58,753 nt of DNA, taken from positions 157,579 to 216,331 of the forward strand of contig NMRA01000203.1 in assembly GCA_002633005.1 (NCBI GenBank). Reading direction: 5' to 3'. How positions within the stretch are numbered: position 1 is the stretch's first letter; the number at the start of each line of letters is the position of its first letter. Under the pieces are notes generated by a model. The model saw nothing but the letters and a program-made list of their open reading frames with translations. It was not told where the DNA came from and made no database searches. The position numbers were made by a program, and so were the translations under genes. Positions 39,567 to 52,707 of this stretch are shown in pieces. This stretch comes from Phoronis australis (lineage: Eukaryota; Animalia; Phoronida).

Positions 39567-40140
39567 TTCTATTAAATAAGTCGTGCAACTCTGTAGTTAG
39601 ACTGTCTACGGATGGCTTGAAAAGTTCATTTGTTATACCGTCCTCACCTGGCGATTTACTATATTTGAGAGATTGAGTGGCTAATATTGTCATTTGAAAC
39701 AGGAAGGTCGTCGTAAAGACTATCGTTTGCACATTTCTCGCATTTAGCGTCATGGTCGTACCAGTAGGTCGGGGTCTCGGAAAATGTTCTACTTTCCTCT
39801 TCTCGTTGAAAACCAAACAAATCCTTAAAATAACTGAACCAGTGCTATTCCGATATTTGGGTGCCCGAGTCATAGCTTGGATTGGTTTATGATGGCAACG
39901 TATTTAACTGTTCTCCAAAACTTGGCATTATCCCGAACCTGATGACATCATTGACTTTGGTATTTGGCTTGCTATACTTCCTTCTTCTCTTGACACAACT
40001 TTTAAAATTCTTTTTTATTTTTAAGTAGCTTGCCAGATCATCATCATTTCTAGATCCTCCAAAACGTTTCAGTGGTGATCGCTTTTGTAACAGTTTCTGT
40101 TCACATTCAGTACCAAACCACATGGAATCTATGTTTTCTT
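39567..40140 (-). mobile_element. RTEX-like LINE ORF2 remnant, 5' part
   Basis: WFGTEC..., KSPGEDGITNELFK...LHDLFNR; reading continues at 37974 (IVNTGTLPEAW). Confidence 0.7.
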
Positions 40141-40351
40141 TAGCACGTTCGATGGGTTTTCATAGATGATTTTTTGTCATTTATGAACAAATTGTGTTTC
40201 CGATGTTTCAGAAAGTTTTGATGCTACCTAAATTAGGGAAATACATATTATTCAAATAGCAAATTCCATTAAATGATTTTTAAAAATATGAAATAAAGGT
40301 ACAAGAAAACTTTTTGGAACGTCATATCTTAGCTCGGATTCACATGAAAGT

Positions 40352-40480
40352 TTCAAATAGCGCGCTTTATACACAGACCTCCATATTCAAATAGCGCGCT
40401 TTATACACCGACCTCCATATTCAAATAGCGCGCTTTATGCACACACCTCCATATTCAAATAGCGCGCTTTATGCACACAC
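40352..40480. repeat. Minisatellite, 34 bp x~4
   Basis: ttcaaatagcgcgctttatacacagacctccata. Confidence 0.85.
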
Positions 40481-41204
40481 ATTCAGAATGCTTTTAGCAA
40501 TTGTTTCTAAAATGTTCCACTTTCGTAGGAGGGGTTATCAAAAGTAGCACCTTTACGATTTCTATGAAAAACGAAGTGGTATAATTGTAATTTACAAAAC
40601 TGTAATAGGGTTGTTGAGATTTTATCATGTATATCAATATAAAAAGAAATTTTATCATGTTATTGATACCATTGTTTTGTTATCAAAGTAACCCTTTTTG
40701 CTAAAGGACAAATTTAGTAGGCTTTCTAGTTTCAGAAAATATATCCTGTCACTGATTTGAAATCCATAGTTTTGTAGACACTTGGTAACATACGCCGACT
40801 TGACAACAAGGTCCTATATAATCTTAAATGAATTAACCTTTCAAGAAATTGATTTCTTGGAGATTAAATGATTTCTGCAAATCTGAATCAAGCGAATTAA
40901 CCTTTCAAGAAATTTTTGCCTGAGGGAAATTTGAGGTCGACGGGCGAAATATTATACGTCTACGGCGATCGAGGGTGTGAAATTGGTGATAACGGCGATG
41001 ATGTGGAAATTTAGCATGAATACGGAGCAAAGACTTTGGCGACCCAAGGGCGGGAAAGTTTTACAGAAGGCGAACTTGTCTATGCCCGCCATATGATTAC
41101 CTTCCTCTACGGACTTGTATGTCATTTCCTAGTCGCATTATTTTTTCTGGAAATAGCGTTACTACGTCAATTAATCATATGATCATTAATCTGTATCAAT
41201 CACC

Positions 41205-41420
41205 ATTGTAATCATCGTCACCAACATCACCAGCACCAATAGTATCATCACCACCACCACTAGTATCATCACCTTCACCACTAGTATCATCACCAGCACC
41301 ACTAGTATCATCACCAGCACCACTAGTATCATCACCAGCACCACTAGTATCATCACCATCACCACTAGTATCATCACCATCACCACTAGTATCATCACCA
41401 CTAGTATCATCACCATCACA
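41205..41420. repeat. Minisatellite, 21 bp x~9
   Basis: ccactagtatcatcacca(g/t)ca; generates spurious GDDTSG and MILVV ORFs. Confidence 0.9.
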
Positions 41421-41789
41421 ATATATTATCAATCCTTTCGATTTCATTAAGCTGGAGCTGTGAGATGTCATGATGGTTTTCCATCAAGGTAGCAACGGTT
41501 TCCTTCTGTGCTGTAAGTTTCAGTAAAAGCTGCTATAAACTCGTTTGTCGACAAAAAGCTTGCTTTTGATTTAAACCATTTACCGGTCGCAAAATCTGGT
41601 CTCGGGTTGTTCTTTAATTTAATTTCTTGTCTTGAGGAGAACTAAGCGGGATTCGCCCCATAGACTTTATTTATTTTAACTTGAATCTAGGAACCAGTTG
41701 TTGGTCCTTACGTCGAATGAAGTTCACGATTCTGTTTTGACTTCATTATTGCACTGTGAAAGGAAGTAATGTTACTTCAAATTTTAATG

Positions 41790-42640
41790 ATGCATAGAAT
41801 TTTTAAAAAAGTATTAAGACTCCAGTAAACAAAAGTGTTGTGATATAGTTTATTTGCAAGAAACATATAGCGTTCCTGACTCCATTGATAAATGGGAACG
41901 TGATTGGGGTGGTCCGCTATTTTCTGGTCACGGCACTAACCATAGTAAAGGCACTGCCATTTTAATTCATCCATGTTTGGATTTTGATCCTTCTTTAGTC
42001 TAGAATGATACTGACGGTAGATATATTCTCAATTGCAAAATTGCAGAACAAGATTTCATTTTGCTCAATCTGTACTTTCCAAATGAAACCAGGAAACAAC
42101 TCGAATTTCTGGATTTCATCAATTTAGAACTCCGTAATTTGGTAAATAATCAAAGAATCCTCTGCGCTGGTGATTCTAACTGCGGTCCCACAGACATAGA
42201 CAAGAAAGTAAAACTGGTGTATTCCATGAAAAGTCCGATAATACAGAACAGCAACGAATTTCAAGTTGTATGATGTTTGGCGTGAAAATAACCCAAGTGT
42301 GATGAAGTACAGTTGGGGGGATAAGAATATGTCATGCAAAAGTAGAATTGACATGTGGCTGATTTCCAGAGAAGATGCAGTCAGTGAAGTTGCCATTATT
42401 AACGACTTTATATTTTCAGATCACTCTGCCATTACTTTACATTTTGAAATAACCAAAAATGCAGAGAGGTCTTTGTCTTTGGAAATTTAACACTAGTTAT
42501 TTGAATGATACCAATTATATCAACAAAATAACTAAATCTGTCGAACTTTACAGTGTTCTTTATCGACATATTGATGACAAAGAATTAGTTTGGGAATTAA
42601 TTAAAAAGGAAACCAGGAAAACTTTTCTAGATACTTTTTG
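41790..42640 (+). mobile_element. L1/Tx1-like APE endonuclease remnant
   Basis: LQET, HGTNHSKGTAIL, DTDGRYI, LNLYFPN, AGDxN, DVWR, SRID, SDHS, WKFNxSxL motifs across frameshifts/stops. Confidence 0.75.
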
Positions 42641-42978
42641 TTCTATATTTCTATATGTATGACGTATTGTTCTTTAGTAAGTTGTAAAGATACATAGTTG
42701 GTGCCACCTAATCCCAGCCGTATCTAGTAATGACGTGCTCTCTGGGTTAATAAACGTAGTCTTCATGAAAAAATAAGACTCCAGCATGTTTGTCACCAGA
42801 CACTGTCGCGATCTATCGGTTTCCATATCCTGATAATTTCCATTAATTTCCTTGAACTGATATGTAATCGTTGTTCTTGTTACAGCTCGCCAAATGGATA
42901 GAAGTTACTACAAAAGCAAGACACACACTTTACTGAAACTAAAAATGTTTTTTATGCGAATATGAAGTATGTTTAATA

Positions 42979-44040
42979 ATGAATAACTCCAGTGACAGTG
43001 AGTTGTACGAGGACCCATGTGGCAATATTACGGAACCTGTGAAGTTATTGGGGAATGAAGTGACCTACGCCATTGCCGTCCCCATACCTTGCTTGATTTT
43101 GATGGTACTGGGCATCATTGGCAACAGCTTAGTCATCATTGTTATCACGACGAACAAACACTTGTGGAACGACATTAATTTTCTCATCGCAAATCTTGCT
43201 GCTATCGACTTGCTGTTTCTCTTCATTGTGATGCCATTTACGGTGTTGCGTTACACGTACCCCTCGTGGTTATTTGGTATCTTTCTTTGCAAGTTCATCC
43301 GCTACACACTCTATGTGACAGCCTATAACAGTGTGTATACTATGGTGTTAATGTCGTTAGTCAGGTTTTACGTCATTATGTATCCCGTTAAGGCTAACTA
43401 CGTTTTAAAGCGGTACTCTTTGGTGCCGAAAATAATTGTCATCACGTGGATTGTTATCCTTAGTATCAATACACCGGCTGTTTTTTTCCACGAGGTTGAA
43501 AACTACTCTTTCGACTGCCAGAAGAGATCAATGTGTTGGATGTTGCCAGAACAGATCACGAAGTTCAGTTTATGCTTCTTCATTTTTGGCTATGTTTTTC
43601 CGCTGTTGGTGATAAGTGTTTGTTATGGATTTATCTTCGCAAAGCTACAGCAAGACAAGCAAATTGGAGAGAGAAGAACTCTGGAGACCGTACACAGAAG
43701 AAGGCATGCGACGTGTCTTGTCTTCGCTATTGTCCTAATTTTCACAATATGTTGGTTACCGGCACACGTATTGGCGCTCCTTGATCATACCTTCCGAGTG
43801 GAGATAGAAGTGGACTTTATATCGCGGATAGCTCTCAATATCTTATGTAACATGTTGGTAGCTCTCAGCTCCACTCTCAATCCTGTTCTGTACTCGTTTC
43901 TGTCAGAGAACTACAGAGACGCTTTCAAGACAATGTTCTGCTGGGGAAAGGCACGGCTGCCTCCAAAACCCACTCCCCGTAGTATAAGCTATGGAGAATG
44001 CCACCAACAAACCTGCAGCACCTCATTGGATAAAAAATGA
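42979..44040 (+). CDS. Class A (rhodopsin-like) neuropeptide GPCR, allatostatin-A/galanin receptor-like
   Basis: Intact 353-aa ORF with 7 hydrophobic segments: TM1 GNxLV, TM2 NLAxxD, ECL1 W-F-G/TM3 CK, VRF at DRY position, ECL2 Cys, TM5 YxxP, TM6 FxxCWLP, TM7 NPVLY; N-terminal N-glycosylation sequons; acceptor ttgttacag ~95 nt upstream. Subfamily call is by recalled motif similarity only. Confidence 0.9.
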   Translation: MNNSSDSELYEDPCGNITEPVKLLGNEVTYAIAVPIPCLILMVLGIIGNSLVIIVITTNKHLWNDINFLIANLAAIDLLFLFIVMPFTVLRYTYPSWLFGIFLCKFIRYTLYVTAYNSVYTMVLMSLVRFYVIMYPVKANYVLKRYSLVPKIIVITWIVILSINTPAVFFHEVENYSFDCQKRSMCWMLPEQITKFSLCFFIFGYVFPLLVISVCYGFIFAKLQQDKQIGERRTLETVHRRRHATCLVFAIVLIFTICWLPAHVLALLDHTFRVEIEVDFISRIALNILCNMLVALSSTLNPVLYSFLSENYRDAFKTMFCWGKARLPPKPTPRSISYGECHQQTCSTSLDKK

Positions 44041-44258
44041 CCTTTTTATTACCTTAGTATTGCTTCGTGATATTATGTAATAGGAGAGAAACAAAAACAA
44101 GTGTTCAAGATGAATTTTTAAAAACGCTGGTGCAGTTATTGTTTTGATTTTGTTTCATACAACTTTTGAGCTTTTCGTGAAAATCATCAAAGCTGTATTT
44201 TTGAAAACCTATCATACAAAAGTGGAAACAGGTCCTTATATCATTTTGGAGAGCACTA

Positions 44259-44887
44259 CATAAAGCATAGTATCAATCATAAAGCATACTATCAATCATA
44301 AAGCATACTATCAATCATAAAGCATACTATCAATCATAAAGCATACTATCAATCATAAAGCATACTATCAATCATAAAGCATAGTATCAATCATAAAGTA
44401 TACTATCAATCATAAAGCATACTATCAATCATAAAGCATACTATCAATCATAAAGCATACTATCAATCATATAGCACACTATCAATCATAAAGCACACTA
44501 TCAATCATAAAGCATACTATCAATCATAAAGCATACTATCAATCATAAAGCATACTATCAATCATAAAGCATACTATCAATCATAAAGCATACTATCAAT
44601 CATAAAGCATACTATCAATCATAAAGCATACTATCAATCATAAAGCACACTATCAATCATAAAGCACGCTATCAATCATATAGCACACTATCAATCATAA
44701 AGCATACTATCAGTCATAAAGCACACTATCAATCATAAAGCATACTATCAGTCATAAAGCACGCTATCAATCATAAAGCATACTATCAATCATAAAGCAT
44801 ACTATCAATCATAAAGCATACTATCAATCATAAAGCATACTATCAATCATAAAGCATAGTATCAATCATATAGCATACTACCAATCC
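44259..44887. repeat. Minisatellite, 19 bp x~33, just 3' of the GPCR
   Basis: cataaagcatactatcaat, highly homogeneous, no spacers. Confidence 0.95.
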
Positions 44888-46821
44888 AGTCATTTCTGAA
44901 ATATGATGCTCCGAAGTTAGCACAATGTGAGATTTTTCTTGGGTCCTACATAACCTAAGGGAAACTTTTGAAGTCTTTGGAGCTATGGTTTACGGGAGAT
45001 TTGTAATAATTGAATAATTAACGACACTGTAACAATGTCACTGAAACATGACTTGAAGTCTAAAATTCTGACTGTCTGACATCACATATCACGTTTACCA
45101 TTGATCGGAATGGCAAAATGAGCAAATCCTTTGCGTGGGTGTGATGGGACGGAAAAAGATATTTTAGCATGAGGGTGTCAAACGTAATTTCCACACTTCC
45201 CGAAAATTCCTTGAAACTTTCAGCTTGTGTTGTCGGAATGGTAGAGGAATTCCAAGCAAACGTGTCTAATTTTCGACAATTGTAAAATTTCTGAAGGCTT
45301 TCTTGGCCAATTTGGCATGTTTAACTTAGATGAAATCATCAGAAGTTCCAGTCTACAACCACAGTTCGGATCTCTGTAGATCCCCAAACGATAAAAAATG
45401 GGTCGGCGAAATTTGAAGGCAATCGTGCTGAGTGAATAGGGAGTGGTTACCGCGAATGATATTCTGTAATTCTTTGAACCTCTAGATTCCAAAAAATAGG
45501 TTAAAATATGTCCATTTGTCAGAAGGGTACTTGTATTCTCCAAAGAATTTCTGAGTACCAATTACTTTCCTTGTACTATTTACATCAAAACTGACCTACT
45601 GACTCCCTTTTCTTTATTGGGGGGGGGGGGGNNGTGGAGGAAGCTACAAACGCCCAAACCGTCGAATGTCTTGATTGTTACTGCTGCGCTGGGCACGAAT
45701 GTTTTGATAAATTTGGAATCTCAAATTCAGTAGTGAATACTTGACAGTGTCGGATTTACATGAAAAGAGGGACAAAGTGACATTTCCCTTGAACTGCTTC
45801 ATCGAGAGAGGGTCCCTTCTGAAATGGGACACCTTAAGATGTACGGCTAAGCATCATTAAGCTTGAAAAACGAGTGTCAGTTCATTCCACCGTCGCGTTG
45901 TCACAAAACGATTCGGCCCCTTTTGAATTGCTCAATAAAACAAAAAGAGTGGCCACTTGAATATCATCAATGCCCTCCTTCAATAGCGGGGCTCCTAAAT
46001 ATGAAAATATCCGCATTTTTTTTCGAAAATCAGGAAATGCGCATCAATTGATGTTAGCCTATCTGTCTGGTTATCAATTTTTCTCAAGTGATATACAGCT
46101 TTGACAAAAAATAAACCTAATGCTGTCTCCGTTATCCCTTGCCAGAGAGGGGCCTCTTGAATTCCATTAGCAAAACTGACTTATTGAATTTAAAAATCCA
46201 ATAAATTAGTACGCTCTGCAAACGCTTTTTCGCAACAATTTAGTAAAATGGGAAAATCGCCAAGAATAAGCTGCTAAAAAGTGCTGTAGTCGGGTTTAGG
46301 GAAAATATTAACATCTGGAGATTCATAAATTATCAAAAACTTTCTGTGAAATAATATTTTACTGATGTTGATAATTTGTATTGAAATGTATCAGGATATT
46401 GCAGGCTCTACAAGGGTCGGTCAACTGGGATACTAGTGCCCATTTTGTCTACACAACTGGTAACTCGACTGAGAGTGATGACACCATTTGTATGCCAGGC
46501 CACGTTCTTCAATATAACTAGGCGAATCTTTGGCAAAAACATAGCATTGTGGTCGACATAAGCTATGATTAACTTTCAAAATTAAAGAGAAAAATGAACC
46601 GATTGCTTGGTCACATTCCACTCACAGAGAGTAGACGGCTTATCACTGCCGTAAGCGTTGCATACTTGTAATGTGGCAGCAGCAGGCATAGCGGACTCGG
46701 GACTTACGAGTCACACACTCAGCTGAGCAAAATTATTTAAAATACAACCTCAGAATTCACAGTGTAACACATCACAAATTCTTTCTGAACTTTTGAGAAC
46801 TGACGAAAGTCAAGATAGTAC

Positions 46822-46964
46822 CATGGGCGGCGCACCATATAGTGGGTGGGGGGCTATAACCCCCACTTTTTCAGTGCTCCGGCGCCCATGGTGTATGGGC
46901 GGTGTATCACAGGGGGGCTGGGAGGCTTCAGCCCCCCACTTTTCTCAGTGCTGTGCCGCGCATG
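46822..46964. mobile_element. Small CATG-terminated MITE-like dimer
   Basis: Two related ~70-bp units each with inverted ends (catgggcggcg...ccggcgcccatg); outer flanks AGTAC/AATAC. Confidence 0.45.
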
Positions 46965-49900
46965 AATACAGAGCATTATTCCTTACAAATGTTTCTGTGA
47001 CTCATCTGATGCTACAACAGACAAGGCTAAATCAGAGGTAAACTCGGTTCGCGAATTCTCATGACCTCCACTAGGGGCTACAGCATGCGTGTGACGATAG
47101 CAGTGGCCTCTGGCGATACCTTCGATCAGCCTGAAGTTGACCGTTCATACCGCACCGCAGCCTCGACGCTCTGCTGATAAATCCCTCCGTTTACTGCGAA
47201 GTTAACTGCACCTCTTAACTTCGATCCAGAACCAAAGTTAACCGTTCACAGCCCCCAAAACATCAAAGCGTCGACATTAGTATGAAAGCTAGGGCCGTGG
47301 GGTAAACGATGCACGGTTTCTCGTCTGCGGGCATATCTTGTTAGTGTAAATTTGCAAAATGATCAAGCGAAATTTGGTCACATTATTCCTTGCCATACTT
47401 TTCTCTTTGTCCATGTAAATCAGCAATTTCTGAAGCATATTGTCACCTTTACCAAACTTGCCAAGAAGGGTTTTTGCAGATGTGTGCTGACTAAGTCAGT
47501 TTTCTATTTTGAACGAGCCACATTGAGCCTTGTTACGCATTACACCAACTCTTGTTATCGGATGTCTGTTAAAAACTTCTGCAAATTGCCAACCTTTTAG
47601 ATCAGCAAAGTCAGAAATTGTCTGCCAGATATATCCAAAACGTTGATTTTACGGTATGCCTTGCTTATTCACCAAGCTTGCAATATCCCATATAAATTAT
47701 CACCACATTGGCCGTTCAAAACAAAAAATATAGGAAACCTAGAAAGAGAGGTACGATGTCATAAAAATATTATCGTTAATTAAACTATTGGCTTTAATGT
47801 GAAATATCTGTCTGACATATCAAAATTTCCGCAGCTAATTGACCTATCGCAAGCTACGCCCCCTTGCGAATGTCGTCACTCAAAGTCCTTGCGATAGGTC
47901 AATTACAATCAAAGTAAGACGAAAAATTGATTTTTGATGTAGATGTCAAAGTACGAGTTTAAACTTGCACAAAACATGTTTCGTGATAAAAAGAATGTAA
48001 TCAGGATAAAAATCTCTGCTGTTTCTGTTTTTTTGTTTTACTTAAAAACTAGTTATTTAGACTAAATCATAGAAACTGAAATCTCGAGGCACATCAGTAG
48101 CTGAGACGCTGGCTCCTTTGTAACAATTCTTCATGTCTTAATACTTGCTTTTCTGGTATTTTTGATGGTTACGCTAATTTTCTTTCTTACAGTGGCTAGC
48201 ATGCTTCATGTAATAAATTTGTGTCATGCTAACTCATCGTTAGTTTAGTACTTGATTTTTCAATCCAAGGTCTAAGAAAAACCTAACATTTTCTGTCGAC
48301 AGACCATTTTGGAGCTATCTCTCTGAACGCATAGGCGAATTTAGGGGGCGGCTCCCTTGGCCCCTGCAGATAAGAACGAAACAAACGGACACGGCGAAAT
48401 CAAAATACGATAATGTATATATATTTTCCTAAAAGTATTCTATCCATACCAAAAATGAACGTTTTATGAATACCAACGGATCTTCTAAGTATCAAATAAC
48501 AAGCCGTTTAAAACTATCGTTCTTTTCATCATCATATGCTGCTAGTTACTATTATGGAAATATCAAATAACAAAAATGATGATAATTATCGATTTACGAA
48601 CGTTTTTAACCGTTTATCTATTATGTAATAGAACATGAAACAGCAATATATAGAAACCGAGACACCTAAAATTTGTTATGCAGAGACAAATATACATGAA
48701 TATACAAAACACGTCAAGCTTTCAAGTATGTACAGCTCTTGGTGAGAGGTGCGTAGAATGACTGATTATAAACACAGATGAAGCATGTATGCACATGATA
48801 CACGAGAAATAATTACTTTTTATTATTTTTCTAGAAATTTAGCCATCCTCTATTTATTGTATTATTACGTAATAGAATGGTTACTTTCATTTTGTTACTG
48901 TTAGACTACTGAAATCTGCTTGAAACCAATTGTCCTAAATTTCCAAGAGGAATTGATGTACCCGTATCATTCATATACTTTTCTAGGACTAAAATAGCAA
49001 CTTGAGCCAATACTGTAGACTGTGCATGTAGTAAAATCCAGTAAAATCTGATACGCCTTACATCTGAACTCGCAGAATTAAAAAATAAGAATTTAGTATG
49101 TCCCCTGAATTGTGTTTGGTTGTTTTTGACATAAAACTAAAACTGGTTAGTTGATTTTATTTATTCTAATAGTTTTCTCGCGAGATGACTGAGAGTAGCA
49201 GAACTAAAGATATGAATAAGCAAGCGTGTCAATATGTTAATGAGCATGGGTCATTGCAGCGTGATTAGTGAAAGTGTCTGAAAACGCCGAACAGTGCGCC
49301 GCTGAAACAATATTTGTATGTGTCTACCTGACGATGGGACCGAGTGACAGACCGATTCGTCAACCCAGTGATCAAACATGACGGATTTGTATTACATTGG
49401 CTGCAAAATAAAATACGGATACATCTCAAGAAATGTCGCACCACAGAAGATTATGAAGACATTGAAATAAGAGGCAATTTGTCAAATAACTGAAGCGACA
49501 GTAAACCATTTAACTAGCAAGATCGATGTGCGTTGCGCGGTTGAAAAAGACGCGACATTCGGAGATAACCCTCAAATAATCATAACAAAGGAAATGCGTC
49601 TTCATACTAAATAGAGCAAGTCATTTCACTGTCCTTCGGGGATAGTGAGCAGCATCATTAAACTGTTTATGTGTATTTGTCTTTTGTTGGTCTGAGCATA
49701 GACTATAGTACTAATCTATGGTCTGAGTTGTGTAGTTCGTCGTTCTATTCAGTAAAACTATGTTGGCAGGAATTACACAGCGTTTTCCACGTAGCTTCTT
49801 AAAAACGGATAGATTGTTTGCCAGAAGTGTTTGACATGGCTCATAGTTTTTGAGTTAGCAAACTTTTTGTTCAACTACATATTTTTTTCTAAATGTCCAC

Positions 49901-50856
49901 AATTTGCCTTCAAAATGCAGCGCTACTGTCCTCGAGCGATTTTTGGGGTTTTATTCAAGAAGATAATGAGTACATATGAAAATTTATTATTCAGATGAGC
50001 CAACTTCAGCAATTGACAAAACAAATTAACCATCGTAGCTTTTTGAAATTTGTTATAGCGAGTCAATGAAGTGGGTGATATCCTTGAAACTGTTTTGCGG
50101 GTGGATTAAAGATAAGCTAAAAGAGGACTGCGAGTTTAAAGTTTGGCCGTCATCGCGATACATGTACTTCGGGTCAAATGCTATTAAAATTTGTGTGCAA
50201 GGAAGTTAATGAAAATAGTAAAGGATTCAATTTCAATAAAACCATATGTTTGACTTATGCATCCAAAAGGTCTCCAGAGATGAAAAAGAGACTGTGAATA
50301 GACGAAATAGGTAATTTATTTTGAATGAGAAAAAGCAACACACTAAAACACTTAAAGCAACTTAGCAAGGGGCAGTTGAGTGTTCTTTGCAAGCAATTAT
50401 CAAGAAAACATGTTTTACACAGACACGTGAATCTTTGTACATTAAAATGGATCAAAAGGTACCGTGGGATTTTGAAGCCAATTTTATCAAAACACTTACA
50501 AAAATCTGAAGGAAATTAACAAATATAATAATTTTTAAAGATTGGGACTATTTTCACTAGTAATGCTTAAACATAGGACAACGCACGACAACCTAAGGCA
50601 GTTCTTCCGCCAAGGCAGGAATTTAACTCCCCCAGTGTTAATGATACACACGTCCGAACAGATCAGTTAGCATTTCATGTTCTAAGGCAGGTCAAGGATC
50701 AAATCTTAATTTTACAGCACTGGTCATTAATCATAGCGAAGTTTTATCCAGACCAAAGGAGCCACTTTGAGTTATGCAATATCCGTCAGGGTCTTGCTGT
50801 TGTGCTTAGATCTGTTGCACAAAGTAAACGTTTGGGGTGTTCAGTCAAGACACCAG

Positions 50857-50976
50857 ACTATCCCAGGGAGTATCTGGGCTGCATAACTATCCCAGGGAGT
50901 ATCTGGGCTGCATAACTATCCCAGGGAGTATCTGGGCTGCATAACTATCCCAGGGAGTATCTGGGCAGTATAACTA
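50857..50976. repeat. Minisatellite, 29 bp x4
   Basis: actatcccagggagtatctgggctgcata; internal CCCAG/CTGGG dyad. Confidence 0.9.
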
Positions 50977-51600
50977 AAAATTTATACCAGATGAAACTGA
51001 TCCCACTCATCTATTGTAAAAATAAACGGAGTAACTCCTCACAAGAAAAAAAAAACCTGACCCGCCATTACATTCTGCAGACGACAATGCTCAGAAAAAT
51101 TTGGGAAATAAAAAACTGACAATCCTTTTTAAAACAATCAATAATTCTTATCATGACAAAATTACCACTGTGCGCCAACATGTCTAGCGCATTTGGAAAC
51201 ATTCATGATTTCGCGAGTTTCCACACTTCAACTGTAACAAGACATAACTCAGGCAGATTAGTTCACTGAAGTGACCATTGTAAAAAACTCCTCTACATAA
51301 ACCTATGTAACTGTTTCCTATTGCTTTATCATCTAAAAACACTTGTATATATATCTATACTTCATTGAAGACACCACTTTGTTCTGTTTTTAGGAGTTTA
51401 ATTTCAGCTCTTTCAAACTTTCTAAATAGATATCTTGTGTTTACAACACAACAGTGCAATAAAAATCCATAACAACATAATTTACAAAGGTAAGTATTTC
51501 AATACACATATCTCATTTTCAGGCTACTATTTACTACTAGTTCACAGTGAAACGCACATCAGAAATGACAAATGCACTTGAAGTTGGCATGTGGATATTA

Positions 51601-51670
51601 ACACACACACACACACACACACGTACACACACACACGTACACACACACACGTACACACACACGTACACAC
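51601..51670. repeat. (CA)n microsatellite interrupted by CGTA
   Basis: acacacacac...acgtacacac. Confidence 0.95.
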
Positions 51671-51900
51671 TTTGCTGTGAATCATATTGCACAAATCACC
51701 TAAATAATGATGGACTTATTCGAGTTCCAGTTAGCTGCTCATTCAAGCTAGGTTTATCAAACATTATTAGAAGCGACTCTAATGTTCGTAACCTGTGTAC
51801 ATCATTCTCTGTGTGGCGAATGACTGTACTGTCAACAATCTGCTGACGACCGTGAACATTTTGAAAATGGTCTTCTATTGAATAGAGCCATTTTGTAAAT

Positions 51901-52707
51901 CAATGAAAATAGTCCTTTATAGACTTAAGACCCTTTACCATTCTATTATTCAGCCTCATATTGATTATTGTTTACCGGTTTGGGGGCACACTAGTGACAC
52001 ACTTGTCAGCAAAGTCCAAGTAATCCAAAATAGAGCCGCCAGGGCTATCCTGGGTACTAGAATTAGGGACACTAGGGTTGACGACTTGTATTGCAAGCTG
52101 GGATTTATGAAAGTAAGACAAAGAAATAAATATCTCTGTCTGTTGTATGTACAGATGCATCAATGGCTTGGCTCCGGCATAGCTCAGCAGTAAATTCAAT
52201 AGCAGTCAGGCTGTATATTCTACACGTTCTTCTGTTGCTGGCAATGTTTCTTCTAAAAAAATTAAAACCGAGACGGGCAAGAGATCTTTTATCTATGCAG
52301 CTGCTATAATATGGAATTCTCTTAGCCCAGAAATTAAACGGTCCAATTCAATCACTACCTTTAAAGTAAATATTAAAAAGTGGCTGTAGTTTACCTAACC
52401 TTTTATACCCTGCCTGTCTTATACATGTCATTTTTTCATTGTCATAAAATACTCTCACTGTCTAGAGTCATCTCTTAATTTATTTCATCTGTTTTAGTTA
52501 AATATTTACCATTATTCGTCATTTAGTTAATGTCTAATTCTCAACCTGTTTTAATTGTATCTTTGTTAAGTATATTTCATTGTTGTTTTATTACTTCATT
52601 GTTTTATAATACTGTTTTCCTTAGTGAGGGCCCTCTTGGAAATCAGTGCTATCACTGAAGAGGCCACCCTCAGTTTAAATATCACAATAATAAATAAATA
52701 AATAAAT
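51901..52707 (+). mobile_element. 5'-truncated CR1-group (L2/Crack-like) LINE with 19-bp TSD
   Basis: LYHSIIQPHIDYCxxVWG...QNRAARAI; 3' stem-loop gagggccctctt...aagaggccaccctc; (AAAT)n tail; ATAGAGCCATTTTGTAAAT at 51882-51900 and 52708-52726. Confidence 0.85.

Noticed and set aside
41186-41471. Asp/Gly-rich (GDDTSG)n and MILVV ORFs as biomineral-type proteins
   Set aside because: Products of a 21-bp minisatellite; no signal peptide or clear splice context.
44259-44887. CRISPR-like array
   Set aside because: Contiguous 19-bp units without unique spacers; eukaryotic context, no cas genes.
50857-50976. 29-bp palindromic repeat resembling a CRISPR repeat
   Set aside because: No spacers; simple tandem minisatellite.
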